This document shows positions 49,304 through 58,756 of a stretch of DNA of 64,000 bases, in pieces. Each line of letters opens with the position of its first letter. Positions within the stretch are counted from its first letter, which is position 1. The translations under genes and the position numbers were made by a program. The notes under the pieces are model-generated. The model was given only the letters and a program-made list of their open reading frames with translations, did not search any database and was not told where the DNA came from. The DNA is from an uncultured Nitrososphaerota archaeon (GTDB lineage: Archaea; Thermoproteota; Nitrososphaeria; Nitrososphaerales; Gagatemarchaeaceae): positions 800,001 to 864,000 of the forward strand of contig OY969807.1 of NCBI GenBank assembly GCA_963703285.1, read 5' to 3'.

Positions 49304-49597
49304 TCAGCTCTCGAGGATGTCGAGCTTCCCGTATCGCCCGATGTTGAGCTGTCGCTCTCCCCTGAACGTGTTGATGTATCCGTTGGAGACCTTGACCTTG
49401 GCGCCCTTGGTCACGGCATCGATCTGGGCGTCCCAGAGCGAAAGCTTGATCGTGCCGCTCTCGTCGCGCAACGTAGCGTCCGCAACGCGCGCCTGACCTC
49501 CCGTCCGCAGGCTGACCTCTCGTGGCGAAGAAATGTCCACTACCTCGCCCTCGACCTCAACGGTCCGCATCCCGTCACGTAGATCCTTGATATTCAT
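49304..49597 (-). CDS. ssb: Single OB-fold ssDNA-binding protein (SSB/RPA)
   Basis: DESGTIKLSLW...NGY...F.G..QLNIGRYG. Confidence 0.9.
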   Translation of the reverse strand: MNIKDLRDGMRTVEVEGEVVDISSPREVSLRTGGQARVADATLRDESGTIKLSLWDAQIDAVTKGAKVKVSNGYINTFRGERQLNIGRYGKLDILES

Positions 49598-49712
49598 CGG
49601 AAGCTAATCCGCTGACACCCATCCCGTGGATATATTTAATCATTGATAAGGGGGGCTCGACCTTCTGGTGGCGCAGCTTGGCAATCGGTGGGTCGGTCGC
49701 TAGTCCCGCAGC

Positions 49713-50747
49713 GTGGGCCGCCTGCTCGGGGAGCGCTTGAGGCAGTTGGGCGCTGGGCGGTACTTCGCCGAGCTCTCCCCGTCCGGGCTCAAGCTGGTCA
49801 TCATGGCCTTTGGGACGCTCATCGCGATCAACCTCGTCACGCTGGCTCTCGGAAGGTCTCAGGTCCTGACGGACCTGAACGAGGGCCCGGCCGGGGCCCT
49901 TCTCGCACCCTTGGTCTTCGACTCCTGGGGGACGCTTGCCGGGCTCGGGGGCATCGTGCTCCTCTTCTCACCCGTCTTGTTCGGGACGCCCGTCTCTCAG
50001 CGAAGGGTGCTGTCGGTCTTCTTCCTGACGTCGAGCATCGTGATCGGAGTTCTCGCCGCCCTAATCTGGGACGCGTTCTACGACAATACGGGCCTCTACG
50101 GCTCGGGAGCATCGTCGATAGCGATCACCGCGCAGGCGGTGATCTTCGCCCTCGCCATAGTAGGCCTGGTGAGGCTTGCTAGGCAGGACACGAGGCGCCT
50201 CGGTGCCCTGAGCAGCCACTGGTGGTACTCCTTCCTTGTGATCTACATCACGCTCATACTTACGACGCTGTGGTTCATACTTTCGCTGGAGCCGATATTC
50301 ATCCCGACACTGCTCTACAACTGGAGGGCCCACGAGATCGGGTTCTTCCTTGGCGCGGGCGTAACGTTCGTCTACGCGGGCGCCCGGTGGCGCGACCTCG
50401 GCCTCGACGGCGTCCTCCGAATCGACGAGATGGTGATGAACTTCCACTACGACGACCTCTGCGCCAGGTTCAGCGTGAGGCTTCCGAAGTACCACGTCGA
50501 GTTCGACGGCGCGCTTCCACCCCGGACCGCCGAGTTCGACCCCGTTCACTCGTCGATCAGGGTCAGCGGGGAGTTCAGGGGGAAGGACTACAGCGTCGAC
50601 GGTCCCGACCTCGAGAGGACACTCCTGCACGCCATGGTCCACGCCGAGCTCCTCGAGGAGGGAAAGCCCTGGGCCCACGGCGAGCCCGGGGTGAGGGCGA
50701 GCTTCGACGAGATTGCAAAGCGGGTCGGCGCGTCGCCCGAGCCGTGA
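49713..50747 (+). CDS. Rhomboid-like intramembrane protease with a C-terminal SprT-like domain
   Basis: GSGASS and AHEIGFFLG in TM helices; C-terminal TLLHAMVH...HG..F. Confidence 0.6.
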   Translation: MGRLLGERLRQLGAGRYFAELSPSGLKLVIMAFGTLIAINLVTLALGRSQVLTDLNEGPAGALLAPLVFDSWGTLAGLGGIVLLFSPVLFGTPVSQRRVLSVFFLTSSIVIGVLAALIWDAFYDNTGLYGSGASSIAITAQAVIFALAIVGLVRLARQDTRRLGALSSHWWYSFLVIYITLILTTLWFILSLEPIFIPTLLYNWRAHEIGFFLGAGVTFVYAGARWRDLGLDGVLRIDEMVMNFHYDDLCARFSVRLPKYHVEFDGALPPRTAEFDPVHSSIRVSGEFRGKDYSVDGPDLERTLLHAMVHAELLEEGKPWAHGEPGVRASFDEIAKRVGASPEP

Positions 50748-50812
50748 GGTGGAGCCCCGGACCCTGCCGCCCTTGGAATCTTTAAGTCGAGGAATCCGAC
50801 GGCGGGTAGAGA

Positions 50813-51847
50813 TTGGTTCCGTCCGCCGAAGACGTGCTCATCTTCGCCGTTGCCTTCGCAGTCCCATGCATAATCATCTTCGCGCTCATGCCGCCCTACA
50901 TTCGATTCCTTACCGCGAGGGGGTCCGTGACCAACGACGCGGCCAAGACTGACGGGAAGAAGGTCCCCACGCCCGCGGGACCGCTGCTCATGCTCGCCGT
51001 AGTCTTCGGCGAGGGGTGCATTTACTTGCTGAACGGATCGTCTATTCCCCTGGCCGCCATCGCGGTCGTCCTGGTCGCCGGGGTCGTGGGCTTCTACGAC
51101 GACTTCCGGGGTCTGGGCGGGATAGCGAACCCCGTCCTGATGATGCTCGCCGCAGCGCCTCTGATCTTCCTGGAGGGGATTCACGAGAGCCTGTACAGCG
51201 CGGTTCTCTACTTCCCCCTCTTCGGTGCCACGGGAACACACTACATCATCTTCGCGATCCTGATCGTCGCCGCCATGCCCGTCTCCTCGCACGCCTTCAA
51301 CATGCTCGACTCGTTCAACGGTGAGCTCTCAGGGTTCGCGACCCTGACCAGCGTGGCGCTGATAGTCGCGATACTCTTCAGCGGGTTGAGCTTCTCCTCC
51401 TACGACTACATCAGGCTCGCGGCCGTCCTCCCCCTCACGGCGACGGCGCTCTGCTTCTACTTCTTCAACAGATTCCCTTCCAGGGCCTTCGATGGCAACA
51501 GCGGCAGTCTGATGCTGGGGGCGCTCTTCGCGGCCCTCGCCATAATGGGAGGCGTTGAGATAGCGGCGCTCGTCGCGGTGATACCTGCTGTCATCAACTC
51601 GTACTACACGCTCTACAGCGTCAGGGGTCTCGTGGAGCACAAGAGGATGACTGCGAGGCCAACCTACCTCGGGGAAGACGGGAAGCTCCATGCATCGTCA
51701 CAGCCGGGCGCCCCCGCGACTCTCGTCAGGATGGTCCTGGCGGGCGGGCCGATGGGGGAGAAGGAACTCGTGAGGAACATCCTTCTCCTCACGGCCTTCG
51801 CCTGCCTCCTCTCGGTACTCACCTCTGCTATGACGTGGTTCACATGA
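50813..51847 (+). CDS. Glycosyltransferase family 4 (UDP-GlcNAc:dolichyl-phosphate GlcNAc-1-P transferase, AglH-like)
   Basis: VPTPAG, GFYDD, FNMLDSFNG and FDGNSGS motifs. Confidence 0.85.
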   Translation: MVPSAEDVLIFAVAFAVPCIIIFALMPPYIRFLTARGSVTNDAAKTDGKKVPTPAGPLLMLAVVFGEGCIYLLNGSSIPLAAIAVVLVAGVVGFYDDFRGLGGIANPVLMMLAAAPLIFLEGIHESLYSAVLYFPLFGATGTHYIIFAILIVAAMPVSSHAFNMLDSFNGELSGFATLTSVALIVAILFSGLSFSSYDYIRLAAVLPLTATALCFYFFNRFPSRAFDGNSGSLMLGALFAALAIMGGVEIAALVAVIPAVINSYYTLYSVRGLVEHKRMTARPTYLGEDGKLHASSQPGAPATLVRMVLAGGPMGEKELVRNILLLTAFACLLSVLTSAMTWFT

Positions 51848-52092
51848 CCCCAAAAAATCTGTACGGTCTCATGGTCATCGCCCTGGTCGCCTGGCTCTTG
51901 ATAATCGGGGAGAGCTACTTCTTCATCGCCGTGATACGGCCGCTCGGCCCGCCCATACGAACCGGACCCCTGCCTTCGACGGTGACGAAGATCATCCTCA
52001 CGGCGGGGCTTGGCGTCCTCTGGATCGGACTGATGTTCGTCATGGACTCCCTCTACGGGCGGTTTACGAGGTCTCCCACTTCAGCTTCCTAG
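51844..52092 (+). CDS. Small two-TM membrane protein
   Basis: ATGA-coupled to the GT4 gene; hydrophobic. Confidence 0.65.
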   Translation: MTPKNLYGLMVIALVAWLLIIGESYFFIAVIRPLGPPIRTGPLPSTVTKIILTAGLGVLWIGLMFVMDSLYGRFTRSPTSAS

Positions 52093-52555
52093 AATCGTAC
52101 TCCTTCCTCGTGTAGGCGAACCTGGCCGGAACTCCCTTCACCACGGTATCCGGGGGTACATCCCTCGTTACGACGGCCCCCATGGCGACTACGCTGTTCT
52201 TCCCCACCGTCACTCCTGCCTTGATGACAGAGCCACCGCAGACTATCGCTCCATCCTCTATCGTGACTCCGACCATCTTCTTTCCCATCGGGTAGGGGTC
52301 GTTTGTGAGTGTAACCCCTGGCCCTATGAAGACGTTCCTGCCTATCCTCGTGAGAGGGGGGATGTAGGCTGACCCCTCGATCCTCGTCCCAGAGCCGATG
52401 GTAACGTTATAGTCGACGTGCGACAGCGAGCCAATCATCACGTCGTCGCCGATTCTGGTTCGGGAACCGACGTATGCGTAGTGCCAAATCTTCACGTTCT
52501 TGCCGACCTTCGCATCATCGGCGATGAAGTTGACGGGCTTGCGGCGGTCAGGCAT
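52064..52555 (-). CDS. Hexapeptide-repeat acyltransferase (WbpD/WxcM-like)
   Basis: IWH, FIGPGVTLTND.YP and VTRDVP...GVPA motifs. Confidence 0.9.
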   Translation of the reverse strand: MPDRRKPVNFIADDAKVGKNVKIWHYAYVGSRTRIGDDVMIGSLSHVDYNVTIGSGTRIEGSAYIPPLTRIGRNVFIGPGVTLTNDPYPMGKKMVGVTIEDGAIVCGGSVIKAGVTVGKNSVVAMGAVVTRDVPPDTVVKGVPARFAYTRKEYDSRKLKWETS

Positions 52556-52720
52556 CTGTCGAGCGACTCGCCCTGCCGAGAGCTAGATAAACAGTTGTCC
52601 AAGCCCGGAGAGGGGTTCAGGAGATGGTCTGTTTGCTCACTTTCAGGTTACCCCGCTGTCGAAAGAATTGTCCCGTTATCATACTCTTAAATACAAACTA
52701 TTCGGGCATTACGTGTTCAA

Positions 52721-53896
52721 ATGGTCAATGAGCCCACCGGTCGGAGTGTGGGAAGCGCACTTCCCGAAATGGCTCAACTGGCGACGCTCATCATGAAGAT
52801 GGGTCCTGACATCGATTTAATCGCGAGGATGTCGGGTCAGTACAAAGAGACCATCAGATACCGCTACAAGGAGAAGATAATCGGGAAGGGGTTCGCCGTA
52901 CAGGCAAAGGTCAACTTCGAGGGCTTGGGTATGCAGAGGGTCGTGATGAGGGTCAACCTCAACGAGACCTACTCGGCATACGCCAAGGAGCTGTTCATCG
53001 CGATGAACAAGCTCTGCTACGTGGTCTCCTTCAGCCAGCTCCTCCCAGACGGAAGCTACATGCTCCACGCGAGCGTGCCGAAGGAGCACAAGCAGGGCTT
53101 CGTCGAGCTGATGAAGAAGCTCAAGGAGCTTGGAATCTTTGAGAGTGTGGAATTCTACAACTTCGATTGGTTCCGCAACGTCCCAATGAGGGCCGAGTTC
53201 TTCGACTTCGACCATGGGCGCTGGGACTTCGACTGGACGAAGACGGTAGAGCCGGAGAAGGGCGATAACCCCGGACCGTTCGAGCCGTTCACCTTCGATA
53301 ACCTGGACCTTCTCATACTCAAGGAGCTGCAGATGGACGCAACGCGTTCACTGAGCGAGATGAGAGAGTCAATCAAGACCAACAACGGGCTGGATATCAA
53401 CTACAAGACGCTGGCGTGGCACTGGGCCAAGCACGTCCAAGAGAAGCGGATGCTCAACGGTTACACGCTCAGGTGGATGGGGACCACCTACGACCAGGTC
53501 GCGGACCGGGGGAAGCACAGGCAGCACAAGTACATCATGATCTCAGTCTTGGTGCGCGGCGTCAGCGACTCGGAGCGTTTCTCGCTGATAGGGAAGATGA
53601 ACAAGGTCCCGTTTCTGTGGTGCGAGGCCGCAGGCGCGGATTACCACGCGCAGCTCGCGTTCCCCGTAGAGACGGTAAACGACGCGTTCGACTTTCTTAA
53701 GGACGCCCTGGATGGCTTCGGGCCAAGGGCAACATACGGCGTGATGGACCAGACTAATTCCTTCGCCTTCACCCTCTCCTACAGCCTCTTTGATGATGAG
53801 GGAAGACAATGGATGTTTAACGGCCCCGAACTCGCCGCCAAGTTCGAGAACCTGATTCTAAAGATAGGTGAAAGCTCCGGGCAACGCCGGAACTAG
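52721..53896 (+). CDS. Large Lrp/AsnC-like transcriptional regulator (tandem HTH + RAM-like halves)
   Basis: IARMSGQYKETIRYRY...NFEGLGM and DLLILKELQMDATRSLSEM...YKTLAWH. Confidence 0.75.
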   Translation: MVNEPTGRSVGSALPEMAQLATLIMKMGPDIDLIARMSGQYKETIRYRYKEKIIGKGFAVQAKVNFEGLGMQRVVMRVNLNETYSAYAKELFIAMNKLCYVVSFSQLLPDGSYMLHASVPKEHKQGFVELMKKLKELGIFESVEFYNFDWFRNVPMRAEFFDFDHGRWDFDWTKTVEPEKGDNPGPFEPFTFDNLDLLILKELQMDATRSLSEMRESIKTNNGLDINYKTLAWHWAKHVQEKRMLNGYTLRWMGTTYDQVADRGKHRQHKYIMISVLVRGVSDSERFSLIGKMNKVPFLWCEAAGADYHAQLAFPVETVNDAFDFLKDALDGFGPRATYGVMDQTNSFAFTLSYSLFDDEGRQWMFNGPELAAKFENLILKIGESSGQRRN

Positions 53897-53902
53897 GCCC
53901 GA

Positions 53903-54031
53903 CTAAGCGCTTCCGGCAGTCCCCATGAATTCCAGAGGGCTTGGGTGTCCGTGTATCCCCAGGGCGGCGAATACCAAGCTGGCGCCTCCGAGTGCGATCA
54001 GACCGTATCGAACTTTCTCGTCTTGAGTCAT
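53903..54031 (-). CDS. 42-aa single-TM peptide
   Basis: MTQDEKVRYGLIALGGASLVFAALGIHGHPSPLEFMGTAGSA; TATA (CTTAAAT 54062-54056) about 25 nt upstream suggests a leaderless mRNA. Confidence 0.65.
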   Translation of the reverse strand: MTQDEKVRYGLIALGGASLVFAALGIHGHPSPLEFMGTAGSA

Positions 54032-54285
54032 GGTCGACACAGAAGCAAAATTCGGATTTAAGCATATGCTTGGGACAAACACTTGAAATTTATGCAACTT
54101 CTGGCTCGAACTCCAACGTCACTTGTGTGATGCCTCTTAGACGCCTGCGTCGGTCTTCCAAATCAGCATAATTAGTGGAGCGTTGGGCGTAGTCACGGGG
54201 GAACCTGCGACATGGTCATCGATGGACGCCTCCAGGGCAGCCGGTCGTTTCAGAGCTCGCTGAGGACCGCCCTGGTGACTGACTG

Positions 54286-54795
54286 ATGCACTCGATCGAG
54301 TACATCCTGATAGGGTCGATCATCTCCATCACGGTCATCGTCGCCGTCCTCGAGGTCATAAGCTTCGTAGTACGACGGGCTGGCAAGGCCGCGGGCGCCG
54401 GGAGCGTGGTGCTCAGAGACATAGGCGTCTACATAAGAATCATCGAGCTGGCCCTAATCGCATTCTCGGTCTTGCAGATCTCAGGGCTGTCCTCGATCTT
54501 CACGACCCTGACGGTCTCGGGGATAGCCGCTCTCGCCCTCTCCCTCGCTCTTCAATCTACCTTGTCGAACGTAATCTCCGGGATACTTCTAGCCAGCGAC
54601 GGGGTGATACACCTGGGCGACAGCGTCGAGTACAGCGGAGTGAAGGGCACCATCGTGAGAATCGCGCTGCGGAACACGTGGATAAAGCAGCAGGACGGCA
54701 GCATCGCGGTCGTCAGCAACTCGTCACTCTCCAGCGGCCCGCTCGTCAACCACTCGGGAGCGGAGCGGCTCAAGAGAAAGTACGCGATAGATTGA
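54286..54795 (+). CDS. Small-conductance mechanosensitive channel (MscS, short form)
   Basis: LSLALQSTLSNVISGI...GD.V...G.I..IALRNT. Confidence 0.88.
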   Translation: MHSIEYILIGSIISITVIVAVLEVISFVVRRAGKAAGAGSVVLRDIGVYIRIIELALIAFSVLQISGLSSIFTTLTVSGIAALALSLALQSTLSNVISGILLASDGVIHLGDSVEYSGVKGTIVRIALRNTWIKQQDGSIAVVSNSSLSSGPLVNHSGAERLKRKYAID

Positions 54796-54799
54796 AGGA

Positions 54800-55270
54800 C
54801 TACTGCTTCTTTCGAGGCGAGAGCCCGTCGATCACTTCGAGGTGGTCAGACGCCATGGCGGCGCGTGGCAGCGCGGTCAGCTTGTAGTATGAGGCGTCCA
54901 CGTACGGTGGCTTCGCAGTCAGATTGGGCGCCTTCTGTCCATCGAAATCATACAGGAAACAAAGGTCCCAATGACTTCCAAGGTACGACTGGATCTCCCT
55001 GAACTTCGGCTCTAGGCCCTCGGCGCCGGCGAGCTGGGTCGTCATGGCCCTCTTCGCAGCCGTCGGCGGCCACTCCCCGAATTCGAGCATCGTCGCGGGA
55101 AGGAGTAGCATCCCGCGCCTGAACGAGAGTGGATATCTCTCTCCTGCCTTAAGCAACAGGATCGATCCCTTCCCGTCCCCCACGATCGCGAAGGATGATA
55201 TGTGGAGGTTCTCCTCGCTTATCCGCATCCTCCTTCGTCCGGTTCGCCTTTCGCTCGTCGGGTCTTCCAA
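54800..55270 (-). CDS. Nudix-fold protein with a degenerate Nudix box
   Basis: LLPATMLEFGEWPPTAAKR...; HWDLCF. Confidence 0.55.
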   Translation of the reverse strand: MEDPTSERRTGRRRMRISEENLHISSFAIVGDGKGSILLLKAGERYPLSFRRGMLLLPATMLEFGEWPPTAAKRAMTTQLAGAEGLEPKFREIQSYLGSHWDLCFLYDFDGQKAPNLTAKPPYVDASYYKLTALPRAAMASDHLEVIDGLSPRKKQ

Positions 55271-55401
55271 CTTCAGCGCCAGGAGACCCTCGACAGGCGG
55301 TTAAAGCCGTTTTCCAGATGCCAGGGGCGCAGGCGTTCGCCTGAGCTTGCACTCCGGTCGCGCGAGGAACAGAGATATTGGAGCGCTAACGGACCGCGAC
55401 C

Positions 55402-56290
55402 GTGGCGCCAGTCGACGTCCTGGTTGTCGTCCTCGCTCTGGTTGCCGCATGGAGCATGGGCCACCACTACTCGGGCGCCGTCGTTGGGACGGCCTTCGGT
55501 TCCCGTTCGATAAAGCTCGGGACGGGATTGTTCGTCTCTGGCCTCCTAGTGGATCCTAGGGGCTACACTGAGCAACGTTGTCCAGACCTACGCCGACCTC
55601 GCCAAGGTGAGCGGCGACTACAGCGTGGTCGTTCTCTTCTCGTTCGTGCTCATGAGCAACGTGACGACCTACCTGAAGGTACCCACCTCCACGATTCAGC
55701 TCTACACGTTCGGGATACTCGGGGCGGCCCTCGCATCTGGGACTCCCATCAGTTACCCGACGCTGGCCATCATAGTCGTCTCGTGGGCCGTCGCCCCGAT
55801 CATCGGCTATTCTCTCGGCCGGGTCGTCTATCGCTACATCCCGGCTTCGGAGCACCTGAGGTACCTCATCCTGGGGACTATGCTCTACTCGGCGCTCGTG
55901 CTGGGCTTGAACGATGTTAGCAACGCGGCAACAAGCCTAGTTGTGTCGGGTGTCGCAGCGCTCCCGGCGAAGTTCGTCTGCGGCATCGCGATGATGGTCG
56001 GGATGGTGACCTGGGGGTCCAGGCTCGCCAAGAGGGTGGGGGAGGACCTCGTGGAGCTCGACGCCAAGAAAGCGGCAGCGGCACAGCTTACGAAGTCGCT
56101 GGTGATATCGGCCCTCAACGTCCTGGGGGTGAACGCGTCCATGAACCAGACCATTGTAGCTGCTCTCGCCTCGATGGGCGCCAGAAAGAAGGTCCTGAGG
56201 AGCATCGTGATCGGCTGGGTGTACAGCCCGGTCATCGGGTTTGCCGTCGCGTACGTCCTCTCGCTCATGCTCGCGAAGGGGTTCGTCTAG
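55402..56290 (+). pseudogene. Divergent PiT-family transporter, frameshifted near 55551
   Basis: MGHHY and GLND signature variants, PTSTIQ. The frames join if one G is removed from GTGGATCCTA. May be an indel error. Confidence 0.75.
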
Positions 56291-56335
56291 GGTCGGTAGG
56301 GGAGTCTTATATGCGGACCCGTTTACAGCCTTAAC

Positions 56336-57691
56336 GTGACCGTCAAGATCACCTGTTATGGGGGAGTCGGCGAGATCGGCGGGAACAAGATTCTTGTCAC
56401 GGACAGGGGCGAGAACATCCTGCTCGACTTCGGCGCGGGCTTCTCGGAAGGGCTCGATTATTTCTCATCGGGAATCACGCCGAGGCGGGTGAACGGCGCC
56501 GGCGACTACTTCGAGTTCGGGCTCCTTCCCGAGATACCCGGCCTCTACTCAGAAGACGCGCTCAAGACCACCGGGATGAAGTACGCCGCGCCAGAGGTGG
56601 ACGCTGTGCTCCTAAGCCACTTCCACTTCGACCACACGGGACGGATACCGCTCGTGGACGGGGAAATCCCCGTGTACTGCGGCGAGACCACGTCGCTCAT
56701 CCACAAGGCCTCGAGAGGCTCGGGGGGGTCCCCACTGGACGGGCGCAAGCTCGTGACCTTTCGCACGGGGGATCGGTTTACCGTCGGGGGAATCGAGGTC
56801 AGGCCCGTCCACGTAGACCATTCCATACCGGGCGCCTACGGTTTCATCCTGCAAACTTCGGAGGGGACGCTCGTTTACACCGGGGACTTCAGGTTCCATG
56901 GACCGATGGGCTCGATGACGGACGACTTCATCGCGGAGGCCGCGAAGGACCGCCCCGCAGTTCTCATTACCGAGGGCACGAGGGTATCACCGGGCGGCCG
57001 CAAGCGGGAGACGGGCGAGCGCGAGGTCGCTGCGGAGACGGCCAAGATCCTGAAAGCGAACGAGCACCTCGTTTTCTCATCCTTCCGAGGGAACGATATT
57101 GACCGCGTCGTCTCGTTCTACGGGGCGTGCGAGTCGACGGGTCGACGCCTGGTCGTCTCGATGAAGGTCGCAATCCTCCTCGAGGAACTCAGGGGCGACA
57201 GCGGTCTCAAGCTGCCGCAGGTGGGGAGGGACGTGTCTGTCTATCTAAGGAGGAAGAGAAAGGGAGGCTACGACGACTCGGACTACCTGACGTGGGAGAG
57301 GCGTTTCCTCGACCACGGCTTCACGGCGGAGGACGTGAGAAGGCAGCAGGGAAAGGTGCTCCTCCACCTCGACCAATGGAACCTGCCCGAGCTGATAGAC
57401 ATCAGGCCGGACCGGGGCGGCGCGTACATCCATGCGACGACCGAGGCGTACAACGAAGAGGGCGAACAGGACGAGCAGGTCATAAGGAACTGGGTGGACC
57501 ATTACGGGTTCAGCTACCATCAGATTCACGCCTCCGGTCATGCCCCCATGGATGGGGTTGCGGACCTGGTTAACAGGATAGGAGCGAAAAGAGTTGTCCC
57601 GATTCACACGGAGAGACCGGATTTGTTCTCCACGCTCACCAAGGGGCGGGTGACCGTGCCGCGTGCGGCGGTTGCAATCCCGTTGGTCTGA
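56336..57691 (+). CDS. MBL-fold / beta-CASP ribonuclease (RNase J-like)
   Basis: GGVGEIGGN, SHFHFDH, VDHS, YTGD, HASGH and PIHTE motifs. Confidence 0.88.
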   Translation: MTVKITCYGGVGEIGGNKILVTDRGENILLDFGAGFSEGLDYFSSGITPRRVNGAGDYFEFGLLPEIPGLYSEDALKTTGMKYAAPEVDAVLLSHFHFDHTGRIPLVDGEIPVYCGETTSLIHKASRGSGGSPLDGRKLVTFRTGDRFTVGGIEVRPVHVDHSIPGAYGFILQTSEGTLVYTGDFRFHGPMGSMTDDFIAEAAKDRPAVLITEGTRVSPGGRKRETGEREVAAETAKILKANEHLVFSSFRGNDIDRVVSFYGACESTGRRLVVSMKVAILLEELRGDSGLKLPQVGRDVSVYLRRKRKGGYDDSDYLTWERRFLDHGFTAEDVRRQQGKVLLHLDQWNLPELIDIRPDRGGAYIHATTEAYNEEGEQDEQVIRNWVDHYGFSYHQIHASGHAPMDGVADLVNRIGAKRVVPIHTERPDLFSTLTKGRVTVPRAAVAIPLV

Positions 57692-57724
57692 GGACGCGCT
57701 CATCAGTACGACCGGGCGGATGCT

Positions 57725-58291
57725 TCACTCGGCGAGAACGACCCGAAGGCGCTTGACCTGGTTCCGGATGGTATCCAATGTCACACCTGCGGCAGCCGCC
57801 GCGCCCTTCTGGGTCAGCTTCTGGCCCTGTGCTAACGCTCCTAGGTACAGGACCGAGGCGGCAAGGCTCATTGGTTCCCAACCGTCGACGACTCCCCCCT
57901 CCTCAGCCTTGTGAAGCATCCCCAGAGCTCTGGCCCGGACGTCGGCGTTCATTCCCGCTCTAGATGCCACCGCGGGTAAGTACTCCGCAGAGTGGGCGAG
58001 GGGGATCTCCATTTCGAGTTCCCTAACTAGCAGCCTGTAATACCTGGCCACAAACTTCCTCTTTACTCCGCACGCCGCCGCAACGTCATCGAGGGTTATC
58101 GGGACAACATTCGTTCTGCACGCAGCGTAGAGCGATGACGCCGTCACCTCGGCTGCCGGCCTCCCTTTGGTCAGTCCCCTTTCCCGACCTCTCGCGTATA
58201 TTCGGGCAGCCTCTCGAGCAACGGTATCCGGCACGGGGAGTCTCTTGGAGAATTCGTGGAGCTCTCCAAGAGCTACTCCCGAATCAGCCAT
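57725..58291 (-). CDS. tfb: Transcription initiation factor IIB paralog, core cyclin repeats only (no Zn ribbon or B-reader)
   Basis: KGR...ASSLYAACR...PITLDD; G.EP..LAASVLY...TQK..A.AAGVT..TIRN. Confidence 0.8.
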   Translation of the reverse strand: MADSGVALGELHEFSKRLPVPDTVAREAARIYARGRERGLTKGRPAAEVTASSLYAACRTNVVPITLDDVAAACGVKRKFVARYYRLLVRELEMEIPLAHSAEYLPAVASRAGMNADVRARALGMLHKAEEGGVVDGWEPMSLAASVLYLGALAQGQKLTQKGAAAAAGVTLDTIRNQVKRLRVVLAE

Positions 58292-58756
58292 TTTCGGATG
58301 ACGCTCTCTGGACGACGTAGCCTATCACCGGCCAGTTCAAGGCGCCACAGCCCACTCCAGCCCGACCACCTTGCTTCGACGAACTGGTCTGGAAGCCGAG
58401 GGGTTGAGGCATTGTGAACAACCGAAGAGGAAAGGAGTCTTGGTTGCCACCTGCGGCAGCCGACTGCCACCAGGACCGGTTCGACTCCCTAGCTGATTCG
58501 GCGTTCACACCAAACAACTGTTAGTTCCGAGACGCAAACTGTACATAAGCCGAGCGTAATATTTGCGGGCAACTTAGTCAAATGCAAACATGTGGATGGC
58601 AATTGCACGAACCGAACCGCCGAGGCGACGTCGGCCCTCTGCAATTCTCAAGGGTGAGAAACGTATCCCAACCTTATTACTCGAATGCGGACCGTTTCAA
58701 AGGCGACGTGAGAATGCTTGTCCCGACGGAGGGGTCCATAGAAGGGGATAAGGCTC

